A stretch of 64,000 bases of DNA from the NCBI GenBank assembly GCA_000002445.1, contig CM000207.1:1888001-1952000 (forward strand). The letters run 5' to 3'. The position numbers were made by a program, and so were the translations under genes. The notes below the pieces were generated by a model. It had not been told where the DNA came from. It did not search any database and was given only the letters and a program-made list of their open reading frames with translations. Source of the DNA: Trypanosoma brucei. Taxonomy: Eukaryota. Below are positions 22,656-41,486 of the stretch, one piece after another (within the stretch, counting starts at the first letter, position 1; every line of letters starts with the position of its first letter).

Positions 22656-24046
22656 CGATGTCCGACAATCCTCAGAGCGGTAGCATAAAATAGGGAAAAG
22701 AGGAATGACCGGGAATAGAGAACCGGTTGGGGCGAAAAGAAAAAGAGAAAAAGCATACATTGTGTCGTGTGCGTCTGCAAAAAGTGAATGATATATATAT
22801 ATATATACTTGGCAGCAAGGTGAAGAGAGACAACCGAAAAAAAATAATTGAAGAGATAAATGAACGCATGAAAGACGAGAAGGAACGAAAAATGAGTTCG
22901 AATGATAAGGAGATTCAGAGGAAGAGGGGAAATGGGTGCATATCATTCGCTGTTTATGTGTTATTTTCTCCCACCCGTTTCACAGTGCGTGAGGGGGGAG
23001 GTGGTCGTGTAGCTTATCCGCATACTTTCGCACCTTCCATATGTCGTCGTTCCCGCACGAGAGAGGGAAAACTGTGTTAGTGAAGAGTCATAAAAGCCCT
23101 CACAAGATTAAGGAATCGAATGCAACGACAAGGCGAGGGAGCACGACGTCGGCATTTCGGTGCCATGAAGTGCACAAGCAATGAATACAACTTCAATTTT
23201 GAGGGTATTCTCCCGTTTTTTAAGTGACTGTATCCCTTCAGTATTTGTTTTCGTACTCTAATGGACGACAGTGACGAGTAAGTGGGAGAGAGGCAGGGGG
23301 CGAGTGGACATGGTCCGTGCTTACCTATCTTTCAACAAGCACCAACACCCACACACACGCACACGTACACAAAAGTGTAATATATATATATATATTTATT
23401 TATATTTATCTGCATATCTACACGTGTCATTTCTTTAGTTTACGGAGTGGAAAACCGTGTGGTGATAGATGTTAAAGGAAATGGAGACCTGAGCAGACAA
23501 AAGAACTCCGAATTTACTCTCCTTCCCTTTCACCCAAAGCAAAAGTAAAAAAAAAGTAAACAAGCACAATTTCTAATAACAAAAGATAGAAGAGAGAAAA
23601 TTAAGAAACAGATATTTCTATCAGTAATAAGGGAAATACAAGTAAAACTGGATACTAACCAGTAACGTTACCGGTTGGTGACGCTACTCGGGGGGGGGGG
23701 GCTTTTCGGGAATAACGGTAATGGTAATAATAATAATAATGAATCCAGTAAAAGAAAAATATTAAAGAGTAAAACTACAAGTAGAAAAAATAATTAGAAG
23801 GAAAAAAAAAGGGGGCGCACTGAAGCTAAGATCCAACGGGAGCACAATGCAAACATATGAAATAAACAAACAAAGGATTGGCGAAGAGAAGGAAAAAAGT
23901 AGCGGAGGGGGGAGGAGCGTGCTGGTGGTGGGATCAGGGACGCAAAAGTCGTTCAAGCGACAAGTGTGAGGAGTTGTTGTCAGGTCTGTTTTTTTTTTTA
24001 TTTTTTTTTTCATCTTTCGGTATCACCTTTTCCTTCCTTCAATAGC

Positions 24047-24075
24047 ATGTGTGTGTGTGTGTGTGTGTGTGTGTG
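24047..24075. repeat. (GT)n microsatellite, about 13 units
   Basis: The run catgtgtgtgtgtgtgtgtgtgtgtgtgg is read directly. An (AT)n/(TATG)n run lies at about 24712-24757 and an (AT)n run at 25538-25562. Confidence 0.95.
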
Positions 24076-24712
24076 GATGATGTTGATGATGTTGATGAAA
24101 GGGGTGCTCTGCTGCAACTGCCTTTTTTTAAAATTTTTATTACCATCTTCACTTTCACCTCCAGTCCCAACACACACTAACATGTGCACACACGCACACA
24201 AAAATAAAAAAATGCATCTGATCTCTCCGTTTACTCTTGCTTCCTTTGAAACATAAACCGCAGGCGGCACATATACTTCGTAACGTTTTACAATCTAAAT
24301 TGTTTTCTTCCCACTCTTTTCTTTGCCGTATTTCATCTTCCTTTTTCTTGTTCCTTTTTTTTTTCTACTTGTTTTTTGTGGTTTGTGCGCGTCAGTCGTC
24401 GCGTGCCACGTCAATTTTTTACTCTCCTTCGTTTTCTGCTTTCAATCTGGGGCCAGGGGTTTCTAGCAACAGTTTGGCGTTGTTTTTTTTTTACTTTTTT
24501 AAAGTTGTTGTTTTTTCCGTTTACTTTTTTTTGGGGGGGGGGAGACGATTCTCATTTTTTTTTTTGTTATTTATTTTCACCATATTAATATTTCCTTCCA
24601 TCACTTCCCTTCGTCGTATGATTTAGCATGTCCATGTGTTTTGCGTGGGGGAATGGAGATGTGCTGAGTGCACCATGAGTTACCCTCCTTCCCATTTTTA
24701 AAAAAAAAATCC

Positions 24713-24745
<33 letters not shown>

Positions 24746-26015
24746 GTATATGTATATTCGTTTTTTTTTCCTCTTCTTTCCTTCTTTCTTTCCTTCCCTC
24801 CAATATGTGCTTTATTACACCCTTTTATGATTATCCCACCGCATCGTGTCGACACTAGCTGGGTAGCACATGTTGTGTTATAAAAGGAAAGGAAGAAATA
24901 AATAAATGAGTGAAGAAAAGAGGAAAAACGAAATAGTTGTGGGAAGAAGGAGTGAAAAAAAGAAAAAAAAAGAAAAAGCACACAAACACACACGCACTCA
25001 AATGGACATGAAAAGGAGTGAGTGAGTGAGTGAAGCAATTAATTAATTTATTAGTTTACGAAGGGGTCGTAAAGAGAAATGAGGGAAAGTGCGTGGTGTA
25101 GAGGTATGTAGGTGAAGAAAATAAATATTTAAGCAACGAAGAAGGTACCGTTCCTTAAAAATGAGAGCAGTGTTTTGTTGTGTGTATGTGTGTGTTTTGT
25201 CGTTTCGGGTAGTGAACGAATATTATTATTGAAAGAAAGCTGACAGTGATCCACGATCATTTTTTGTTTGTTTGTTTGTTTGTTTTTTACTTTTTTTTGT
25301 GTCTGTTCGTTTGTTTTGGTGGGAAAACGGTAATCGCCCGGGTGAAGGCATGCACCACCTGTTTCTGCCTCCATGTTTAAGGAAGAGGCAAAAAGAAAAA
25401 GTCACTTTGAGTTTCTACTGTGTCCCTGTTAGTGGTTCGGATATATAATGGTAGGATAGCTAACAAGACTGGATATAACGAAGGACGAGGTGAAACAAAA
25501 TAAAAATTATAAATGAGCGAGGGGCGGATGTCGTGGCATATATATATATATATATATATATATGCAAAAGAGGGGTTACCTACCTTCCTTTTTTCTTCTT
25601 CCTCTTATAATGTTAAGAGAAAAATAAAAGGTCAACAGAAAGAAGAAATTAAAAATAAAAATTAACCAAAACTGTGTCGTAGCCAGTCGGTGAATAATTC
25701 TCTTCTTCCTCCTTCCGCACTTGTTACATGTGATGAATACTACAAAGCTGTTTAGTTTATATTGCTTTCGCTCTGGGACAAACTTAACCTGTTTTCTCGT
25801 CGGATTCTTCCTTTACAACTGTTGCTTGTATTCTTTTCCCCTTCAGTTCTTTTTCTGGTCACTGTGTTTTTACCTTCGTTTCGTTGAATCACACGGATAG
25901 AGGTTCTTTTTGAAATTCATAGGAGCCGAGGGGACGGTGAAGTTTAATCTGGCGCCTCGCGGTGTAGCGTCTAAAAGGTGATAACGGGAAGTGCGAGTCA
26001 GCGTGTTGATTCTAA

Positions 26016-26066
26016 TAATAATAATAATTATTATTATTGTTGTTGTTGTTGCTGTTGTTGTTGTTA
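26016..26066. repeat. Trinucleotide repeat (AAT)n/(ATT)n/(GTT)n
   Basis: The run aataataataataattattattattgttgttgttgttgctgttgttgttgtt is read directly. Confidence 0.9.
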
Positions 26067-26358
26067 TTTTTATATTAGGTAGACTTATCGTTCGTACTCA
26101 CATATTTTTCCTAGGCACATCTTCATACTGTGAATCTTTGTATATTAGCGGAGACGTCACAGGTACACTGTTTCGTCGCACATAATCATTTCTTTTAACC
26201 GTTTTAAAGTAACGGTATCCCTATTCCACACACACGTATAGATATATACATATATAACTTATTGGTTTGCGTGTTGTTGGTTGCGTGGGTGTGTTTGTGA
26301 AGGGCAAATTAGTTCAAAGGTGCTCGTGCATGCGTCAGTACATCGAAAGATTCATATA

Positions 26359-27612
26359 ATGTTTAAGTGCCGCGTGGCTGTTCTCCTCTCTTCGGCATCA
26401 TCTTCCGCTACAGGCTCCTGCCAGAGTAATCCTTACAAGGTTTTGGGAGTTGAACCAAACACTCCCTTCGATGAGGTGAAGAGTCGCTTCCATGAACTTG
26501 CGCAGTTGTACCACCCCGACATGCCAAACGGTGATGCGGGAAAATTCCGTGAGATTAACGCCGCATACCGGCAACTGCGCGCAACCCACCGTGAGTGGCG
26601 GTCGAACAACATGAACACCCAAACTCACCACCAATCGGAGTTTTGGGGTAGCCAAGGCAACACTGCTGATGCCGACAAGGAGGACCATTATACCAAGCAA
26701 TGGAAAAAGGGCCCCCATCACTCTACCACAAATGCACGAATGCGCGGTACTCAACAGCGAGCATTCATGCACGAGATTCTGTGGTTGTATGAGGGTTACG
26801 AGATGGCCCTTATATTGGGAACTGCAGTGGTTGTACTTATCATCGCTTTTGAGCGGTATCTGCTCGTTCGTCGTGTTACCCAAGAGAAGCGGTCGAGGCG
26901 GATAGCCATGGAAGAGGGACTCCCTCCGAGCATGCCCTTGGAGGTTGACGAGAATATGATGCGAATGTATAATGTGCCCGTTCCATCCGAGGCAATTGAA
27001 ATGGACGAAGCCATTGCCAAGGAAATGACTTACCACCGTCGCGCAACTCAGCGACGCTTTGAAGATTTCCGAGAGTTCTTGTTTGTGTATGACCCAGATG
27101 GTGTGACCTCGCGCAAAGTCACAACAGTGCGTGTTGCCGCGCCGTACGTCGACGAACCTCTTATACCCACTCGATGCCCTGTTGTGAGGGAGTTTAACTC
27201 TGAACAAAAAGGTACAAAATATGAGAACATTTTAAAAGAGGTGGTAGAAACTTCCAGCACAACACCGTGGCTATCGCCGGACGCTCAGTTTGCTGCCCCA
27301 CTTGTTGTCCAAGGTCTCGCTGTCATACCAATGAATTCTCCCAACACAGCCAAGTGGACCTTCATTGAGTACAAGAACGCAGATAATCCCACGGATCCAC
27401 CGATGTGTCTCGTGGCACTAAGAAACAGACGATTCGAGAAACTTGGCATGTGCCAGAGGGTAACAATATCAGGGAGTGGGCAACTAAGTGCCAAGTTGCT
27501 TCAAAAGCGGGAAGAGGACTTGAAGAATGGTTTGCGAGGGGATGCTCTCGTAAAAGGATCTCCGCTACCGCTAAAGGATACCACAACCGCGCTTGAACAC
27601 ATGAAGTTATGA
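26359..27612 (+). CDS. J-domain (DnaJ-like) protein with a predicted transmembrane segment
   Basis: The track start 26281 is an alternative start, and the first ATG is at 26359 (MFKCRVAVLLSSASS..., a presequence-like N-terminus). The J-domain reads NPYKVLGVEPNTPFDEVKSRFHELAQLYHPDM...FREINAAYRQL and includes the HPD motif. A hydrophobic stretch (ALILGTAVVVLIIAF) occurs mid-protein. Confidence 0.7.
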   Translation: MFKCRVAVLLSSASSSATGSCQSNPYKVLGVEPNTPFDEVKSRFHELAQLYHPDMPNGDAGKFREINAAYRQLRATHREWRSNNMNTQTHHQSEFWGSQGNTADADKEDHYTKQWKKGPHHSTTNARMRGTQQRAFMHEILWLYEGYEMALILGTAVVVLIIAFERYLLVRRVTQEKRSRRIAMEEGLPPSMPLEVDENMMRMYNVPVPSEAIEMDEAIAKEMTYHRRATQRRFEDFREFLFVYDPDGVTSRKVTTVRVAAPYVDEPLIPTRCPVVREFNSEQKGTKYENILKEVVETSSTTPWLSPDAQFAAPLVVQGLAVIPMNSPNTAKWTFIEYKNADNPTDPPMCLVALRNRRFEKLGMCQRVTISGSGQLSAKLLQKREEDLKNGLRGDALVKGSPLPLKDTTTALEHMKL

Positions 27613-29074
27613 GCAGCTCCCATTCTTAATTGCAGCATCAGGCAATATTGGCATTCGCCGGAACAGGAAAGCAGCACAGGATATGCTCCTTGACGCACCG
27701 TAGGTTTCTGCATCTCAAGGACAATGCAATTAGCCTCTTTGTACATTTTAACGGCAGAAGCAAGAATATCTTCAATATTACATTTTTATTGTGTATCTCA
27801 AAAAATAAAAAATAAAAAACATCTAACAATCTTCCTTTGTTGAGCTTACATCCTTTCGGTAGGTAAAAAAAAAAATGACAAAAAATATTAAGTTAAAAAC
27901 ACACTAACAAGAAAAAATATATATAATCATCGAACACAAGACACCGTCATCATTACATTCGTCAAAAACGCAAAATTGACATCAACAAAACACTCACACA
28001 TATATTAGTCACGCAGCAAGAGGGAAAAGCAGAATTGAAAAAAAAATTTATAAAGAAGGAATGAAGGTGACCGAGATACTAATGTGATGGACCTCGTCGG
28101 CTTGCTTTACTGTATACGCAGGATCGTGATGATATTAACCCTGCTCCGCTACTGAGTGTTGAAGCATGAAACGATATCCTTCAGGGCTACTGATGCCTGC
28201 GTGGGCAGTGTATGGGGTGTGACTTCCCTTTCATTAACTTCTCTTGTACATGCGTTGAAGCACAATCACACATATAAACGTATGCAACCTGGCGAGTGTA
28301 GGCCCGCCAGCTACCACGTGGAGTGTATACTCTCTATCTCTACGACGGTCGTTCTACCGGGCCAAGAAACGGCGTCTGTTACTCAACAGTGGTTTCATTC
28401 ATATGTTGTGTGACGTAGTGGCCACATGATGATCCATGTATTCACCATATCGACACTGAGTCGGAAACTCCCCGTGACGCACAAGTGATTGTGCATGGAA
28501 CCGCCCGCACACGCTGTAGGGCACTGACTACTTTGGTACGGGTGCCACATCTTCCTTACTTTACTTACCTCTATCCCCCCTCTTCATTTCCCTGTTGCAA
28601 CCGTACATACCCTAAACACACGTACACTACTATGATTACATCCATAATGCGTCAGGACACACGAGTGTGTACGTGACTGTTGGATTCTAACGCGACGCCG
28701 TAAGCAATATGATCACTCTCCCATCTTTCAATCACTTCATCTCTCACAAGATGTTTATTTTCACTTTTCCCCATCATCTCGCTACATTTGGATTTGAGGT
28801 GCGTGTTAGAGTCATTGTTGAATTTTGGCTAATGTTTCGGTTAAGCATATGAACGTAAAAGTGGAATGTGTTATGTTCACCCGCTACCATGCTTTGTTCG
28901 CTACCTGTCGTGGCTCACCTATTTGATGGTCCGTTGGGTTAGTATGACGAAGCTAGAGTCGTTGCTTATCGGTGTAATTTGGTTTTGTTGGCATACATTG
29001 GTGTAATTTTGTGAAGCTCACCTCCCTTAATCGCCACCCACGTTGGTGTTATTACGCTCATACACCTCTGGTAA

Positions 29075-30757
<1,683 letters not shown>

Positions 30758-32650
30758 TATTCTGAGGTTATGTGTGCTTTGTGATTTGCGTAATGGACTA
30801 ACAGGCTGAACGGTATATCTTTTTTCTAAATCATCTCGAAGATTCTGTTTGTTTTTAAGAGGATTATCTTGGGACCTACCACGTTTTGTTATGTTTTCCC
30901 ATTCCAATATTTTCCCTTTTTGTTCAACACTTTTTTATTGTTTCCTTCGGATTTGGTCACTATTGCTCCTTCTTTGTTGATATCCCTATGTTTTGTTGTT
31001 TTCGCCCCCCCCCACACACACACACCACTAAGTACGGTTGCCTTCTATATCAACCACGTTCCGGTCATATGACCTCGTGGAATATCACTTCTGTTTCGTG
31101 TCCTTGAAGCATCAGAAGTGGCTGCGGTTTCTGTTTGTAGGGAGTCGGCTTTTTGACTTGGTTCATTCCGTCGAGGTTTGACACGGGGGATGGCACCAAC
31201 TGTATTTGCTGTGGGGTTTATACTTGGCGCGGTTTCGCACACGCGGATGCCGTGAAAAGGAATGCCACGGCAATAAGTAACACTCAAAACGAATATTGAT
31301 TTTTTTTATTTTTCCTTTTTCTCTCTTTTTTAATGTGTGCCGAAATAATAACAATAACACCAACGGGCCATGATTTGGCTGAATTGGAGGAGTGGAAAAG
31401 AAGAATGCATTCACTTTGTGGTGAAGTGTGATCCTCCATCACTTTCACTTCCTTGAGATCTTCCTGTGCTAATCTTGGCTGGGATACTAAGATATCTGCT
31501 GCTGTCACAGTTTTTCTCAATACCCTAACTCCATCTCCAACCTTGTAGTAGCGTTAAAGAAAATAATAATATCTAATCAATTTTGTCTGTAAGGTTGCCT
31601 GTGTACCTCATGCGTCTCTTTGTGGTGTTGTGGGGAATGAAGGCGACCGAGATACTAATGTGACGGACCTCGTCGGCTTGCTTTACTGTATACGCAGGAT
31701 CGTGATGATATTAACCCTGCTCCGCTACTGAGTGTTGAAGCATGAAACGATATCCTTCAGGGCTACTGATGCCTGCGTGGGCAGTGTATGGGGTGTGACT
31801 TCCCTTTCATTAACTTCTCTTGTACATGCGTTGAAGCACAATCACACATATAAACGTATGCAACCTGGCGAGTGTAGGCCCGCCAGCTACCACGTGGAGT
31901 GTATACTCTCTATCTCTACGACGGTCGTTCTACCGGGCCAAGAAGCGGCGTCTGTTACTCAACAGTGGTTTCATTCATATGTTGTGTGACGTAGTGGCCA
32001 CATGATGATCCATGTATTCACCATATCGACACTGAGTCGGAAACTCCCCGTGACGCACAAGTGATTGTGCATGGAACCGCCCGCACACGCTGTAGGGCAC
32101 TGACTACTTTGGTACGGGTGCCACATCTTCCTTACTTTACTTACCTCTATCCCCTCTCTTCATTTCCCTGTTGCAACCGTACATACCCTAAACACACGTA
32201 CGCTACTATGATTACATCCATAATGCGTCAGGACACACGAGTGTGTACGTGACTGTTGGATTCGAACGCGACGCCGTAAGCAATATGATCACTCTCCCAT
32301 CTTTCAATCACTTCATCTCTCACAAGATGTTTATTTTCACTTTTCCCCATCATCTCGCTACATTTGGATTTGAGGTGCGTGTTAGAGTCATTGTTGAATT
32401 TTGGCTAATGTTTCGGTTAAGCATATGAACGTAAAAGTGGAATGTGTTATGTTCACCCGCTACCATGCTTTGTTCGCTACCTGTCGTGGCTCACCTATTT
32501 GATGGTCCGTTGGGTTAGTATGACGAAGCTAGAGTCGTTGCTTATCGGTGTAATTTGGTTTTGTTGGCATACATTGGTGTAATTTTGTGAAGCTCGCCTC
32601 CCTTAATCGCCACCCACGTTGATGTTATTGCGCTCATACACCTCTGGTAA

Positions 32651-34333
<1,683 letters not shown>

Positions 34334-36228
34334 TATTCTGAGGTTATGTGTGCTTTGTGATTTGCGTAATGGACTAACAGGCTGAACGGTATATCTTTTT
34401 TCTAAATCATCTCGAAGATTCTGTTTGTTTTTAAGAGGATTATCTTGGGACCTACCACGTTTTGTTATGTTTTCCCATTCCAATATTTTCCCTTTTTGTT
34501 CAACACTTTTTTATTGTTTCCTTCGGATTTGGTCACTATTGCTCCTTCTTTGTTGATATCCCTATGTTTTGTTGTTTTCGCCCCCCCCCCACACACACAC
34601 ACCACTAAGTACGGTTGCCTTCTATATCAACCACGTTCCGGTCATATGACCTCGTGGAATATCACTTCTGTTTCGTGTCCTTGAAGCATCAGAAGTGGCT
34701 GCGGTTTCTGTTTGTAGGGAGTCGGCTTTTTGACTTGGTTCATTCCGTCGAGGTTTGACACGGGGGATGGCACCAACTGTATTTGCTGTGGGGTTTATAC
34801 TTGGCGCGGTTTCGCACACGCGGATGCCGTGAAAAGGAATGCCACGGCAATAAGTAACACTCAAGACGAATATTGATTTTTTTTTATTTTTCCTTTTTCT
34901 CTCTTTTTTAATGTGTGCCGAAATAATAACAATAACACCAACGGGCCATGATTTGGCTGAATTGGAGGAGTGGAAAAGAAGAATGCATTCACTTTGTGGT
35001 GAAGTGTGATCCTCCATCACTTTCACTTCCTTGAGATCTTCCTGTGCTAATCTTGGCTGGGATACTAAGATATCTGCTGCTGTCACAGTTTTTCTCAATA
35101 CCCTAACTCCATCTCCCACCTTGTAGTAGCGTTAAAGAAAATAATAATATCTAATCAATTTTGTCTGTAAGGTTGCCTGTGTACCTCATGCGTCTCTTTG
35201 TGGTGTTGTGGGGAATGAAGGCGACCGAGATACTAATGTGACGGACCTCGTCGGCTTGCTTTACTGTATACGCAGGATCGTGATGATATTAACCCTGCTC
35301 CGCTACTGAGTGTTGAAGCATGAAACGATATCCTTCAGGGCTACTGATGCCTGCGTGGGCAGTGTATGGGGTGTGACTTCCCTTTCATTAACTTCTCTTG
35401 TACATGCGTTGAAGCACAATCACACATATAAACGTATGCAACCTGGCGAGTGTAGGCCCGCCAGCTACCACGTGGAGTGTATACTCTCTATCTCTACGAC
35501 GGTCGTTCTACCGGGCCAAGAAACGGCGTCTGTTACTCAACAGTGGTTTCATTCATATGTTGTGTGACGTAGTGGCCACATGATGATCCATGTATTCACC
35601 ATATCGACACTGAGTCGGAAACTCCCCGTGACGCACAAGTGATTGTGCATGGAACCGCCCGCACACGCTGTAGGGCACTGACTACTTTGGTACGGGTGCC
35701 ACATCTTCCTTACTTTACTTACCTCTATCCCCCCTCTTCATTTCCCTGTTGCAACCGTACATACCCTAAACACACGTACACTACTATGATTACATCCATA
35801 ATGCGTCAGGACACACGAGTGTGTACGTGACTGTTGGATTCTAACGCGACGCCGTAAGCAATATGATCACTCTCCCATCTTTCAATCACTTCATCTCTCA
35901 CAAGATGTTTATTTTCACTTTTCCCCATCATCTCGCTACATTTGGATTTGAGGTGCGTGTTAGAGTCATTGTTGAATTTTGGCTAATGTTTCGGTTAAGC
36001 ATATGAACGTAAAAGTGGAATGTGTTATGTTCACCCGCTACCATGCTTTGTTCGCTACCTGTCGTGGCTCACCTATTTGATGGTCCGTTGGGTTAGTATG
36101 ACGAAGCTAGAGTCGTTGCTTATCGGTGTAATTTGGTTTTATTGGCATACATTGGTGTAATTTTGTGAAGCTCACCTCCCTTAATCGCCACCCACGTTGG
36201 TGTTATTGCGCTCATACACCTCTGGTAA

Positions 36229-37911
<1,683 letters not shown>

Positions 37912-39803
37912 TATTCTGAGGTTATGTGTGCTTTGTGATTTGCGTAATGGACTAACAGGCTGAACGGTATATCTTTTTTCTAAATCATCTCGAAGATTCT
38001 GTTTGTTTTTAAGAGGATTATCTTGGGACCTACCACGTTTTGTTATGTTTTCCCATTCCAATATTTTCCCTTTTTGTTCAACACTTTTTTATTGTTTCCT
38101 TCGGATTTGGTCACTATTGCTCCTTCTTTGTTGATATCCCTATGTTTTGTTGTTTTCGCCCCCCCCCCTCACACACACCACTAAGTACGGTTGCCTTCTA
38201 TATCAACCACGTTCCGGTCATATGACCTCGTGGAATATCACTTCTGTTTCGTGTCCTTGAAGCATCAGAAGTGGCTGCGGTTTCTGTTTGTAGGGAGTCG
38301 GATTTTTGACTTGGTTCATTCCATCTAGGTTTGACACGGGGGATGGCACCAACTGTATTTGCTGTGGGGTTTATACTTGGCGCGGTTTCGCACACGCGGA
38401 TGCCGTGAAAAGGAATGCCACGGCAATAAGTAACACTCAAAACGAATATTGATTTTTTTTATTTTTCCTTTTTCTCTCTTTTTTAATGTGTGCCGAAATA
38501 ATAACAATAACACCAACGGGCCATGATTTGGCTGAATTGGAGGAGTGGAAAAGAAGAATGCATTCACTTTGTGGTGAAGTGTGATCCTCCATCACTTTCA
38601 CTTCCTTGAGATCTTCCTGTGCTAATCTTGGCTGGGATACTAAGATATCTGCTGCTGTCACAGTTTTTCTCAATACCCTAACTCCATCTCCCACCTTGTA
38701 GTAGCGTTAAAGAAAATAATAATATCTAATCAATTTTGTCTGTAAGGTTGCCTGTGTACCTCATGCGTCTCTTTGTGGTGTTGTGGGGAATGAAGGCGAC
38801 CGAGATACTAATGTGATGGACCTCGTCGGCTTGCTTTACTGTATACGCGGGATCGTGATGATATTAACCCTGCTCCGCTACTGAGTGTTGAAGCATGAAA
38901 CGATATCCTTCAGGGCTACTGATGCCTGCGTGGGCAGTGTATGGGGTGTGACTTTCCTTTCATTAACTTCTCTTGTACATGCGTTGAAGCACAATCGCAC
39001 ATATAAACGTATGCAACCTGGCGAGTGTAGGCCCGCCAGCTACCACGTGGAGTGTATACTCTCTATCTCTACGACGGTCGTTCTACCGGGCCAAGAAGCG
39101 GCGTCTGTTACTCAACAGTGGTTTCATTCATATGTTGTGTGACGTAGTGGCCACATGATGATCCATGTATTCACCATATCGACACTGAGTCGGAAACTCC
39201 CCGTGACGCACAAGTGATTGTGCATGGAACCGCCCGCACACGCTGTAGGGCACTGACTACTTTGGTACGGGTGCCACATCTTCCTTACTTTACTTACCTC
39301 TATCCCCCCTCTTCATTTCCCTGTTGCAACCGTACATACCCTAAACACACGTACGCTACTATGATTACATCCATAATGCGTCAGGACACACGAGTGTGTA
39401 CGTGACTGTTGGATTCTAACGCGACGCCGTAAGCAATATGATCACTCTCCCATCTTTCAATCACTTCATCTCTCACAAGATGTTTATTTTCACTTTCCCC
39501 CATCATCTCGCTACATTTGGATTTGAGGTGCGTGTTAGAGTCATTGTTGAATTTTGGCTAATGTTTCGGTTAAGCATATGAACGTAAAAGTGGAATGTGT
39601 TATGTTCACCCGCTACCATGCTTTGTTCGCTACCTGTCGTGGCTCACCTATTTGATGGTCCGTTGGGTTAGTATGACGAAGCTAGAGTCGTTGCTTATCG
39701 GTGTAATTTGGTTTTATTGGCATACATTGGTGTAATTTTGTGAAGCTCGCCTCCCTTAATCGCCACCCACGTTGATGTTATTGCGCTCATACACCTCTGG
39801 TAA

Positions 39804-41486
<1,683 letters not shown>

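Noticed and set aside
22727-23080. A 117-aa K/E/R-rich plus-strand ORF just downstream of the helicase
   Set aside because: It is translated purine-rich low-complexity DNA (aaagaaaaagagaaaaag…) with no start context or motif. I treat it as spurious, most likely translated UTR.
26398-27207. A 269-aa minus-strand ORF
   Set aside because: It is fully antisense to the J-domain protein gene, with no motifs.
28156-28676. Plus-strand ORFs of 85 aa and 63 aa (MLKHETISF…, MIVHGTARTRC…) recurring six times
   Set aside because: Their apparent conservation is simply because they sit in the near-identical spacer of the tandem repeat. They show no motif content, and amino-acid changes between units are as frequent as silent ones.
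34622-35119. A 165-aa minus-strand ORF inside the GK intergenic spacer (also at 41776-42273 and 45356-45853)
   Set aside because: It is intact in only some units. In units 1 and 3 it is split by a single-base homopolymer length change (31045-31520 and 38198-38694), so it is not under coding constraint. It is antisense to the polycistron and has low-complexity composition (KKERKRKNKK).
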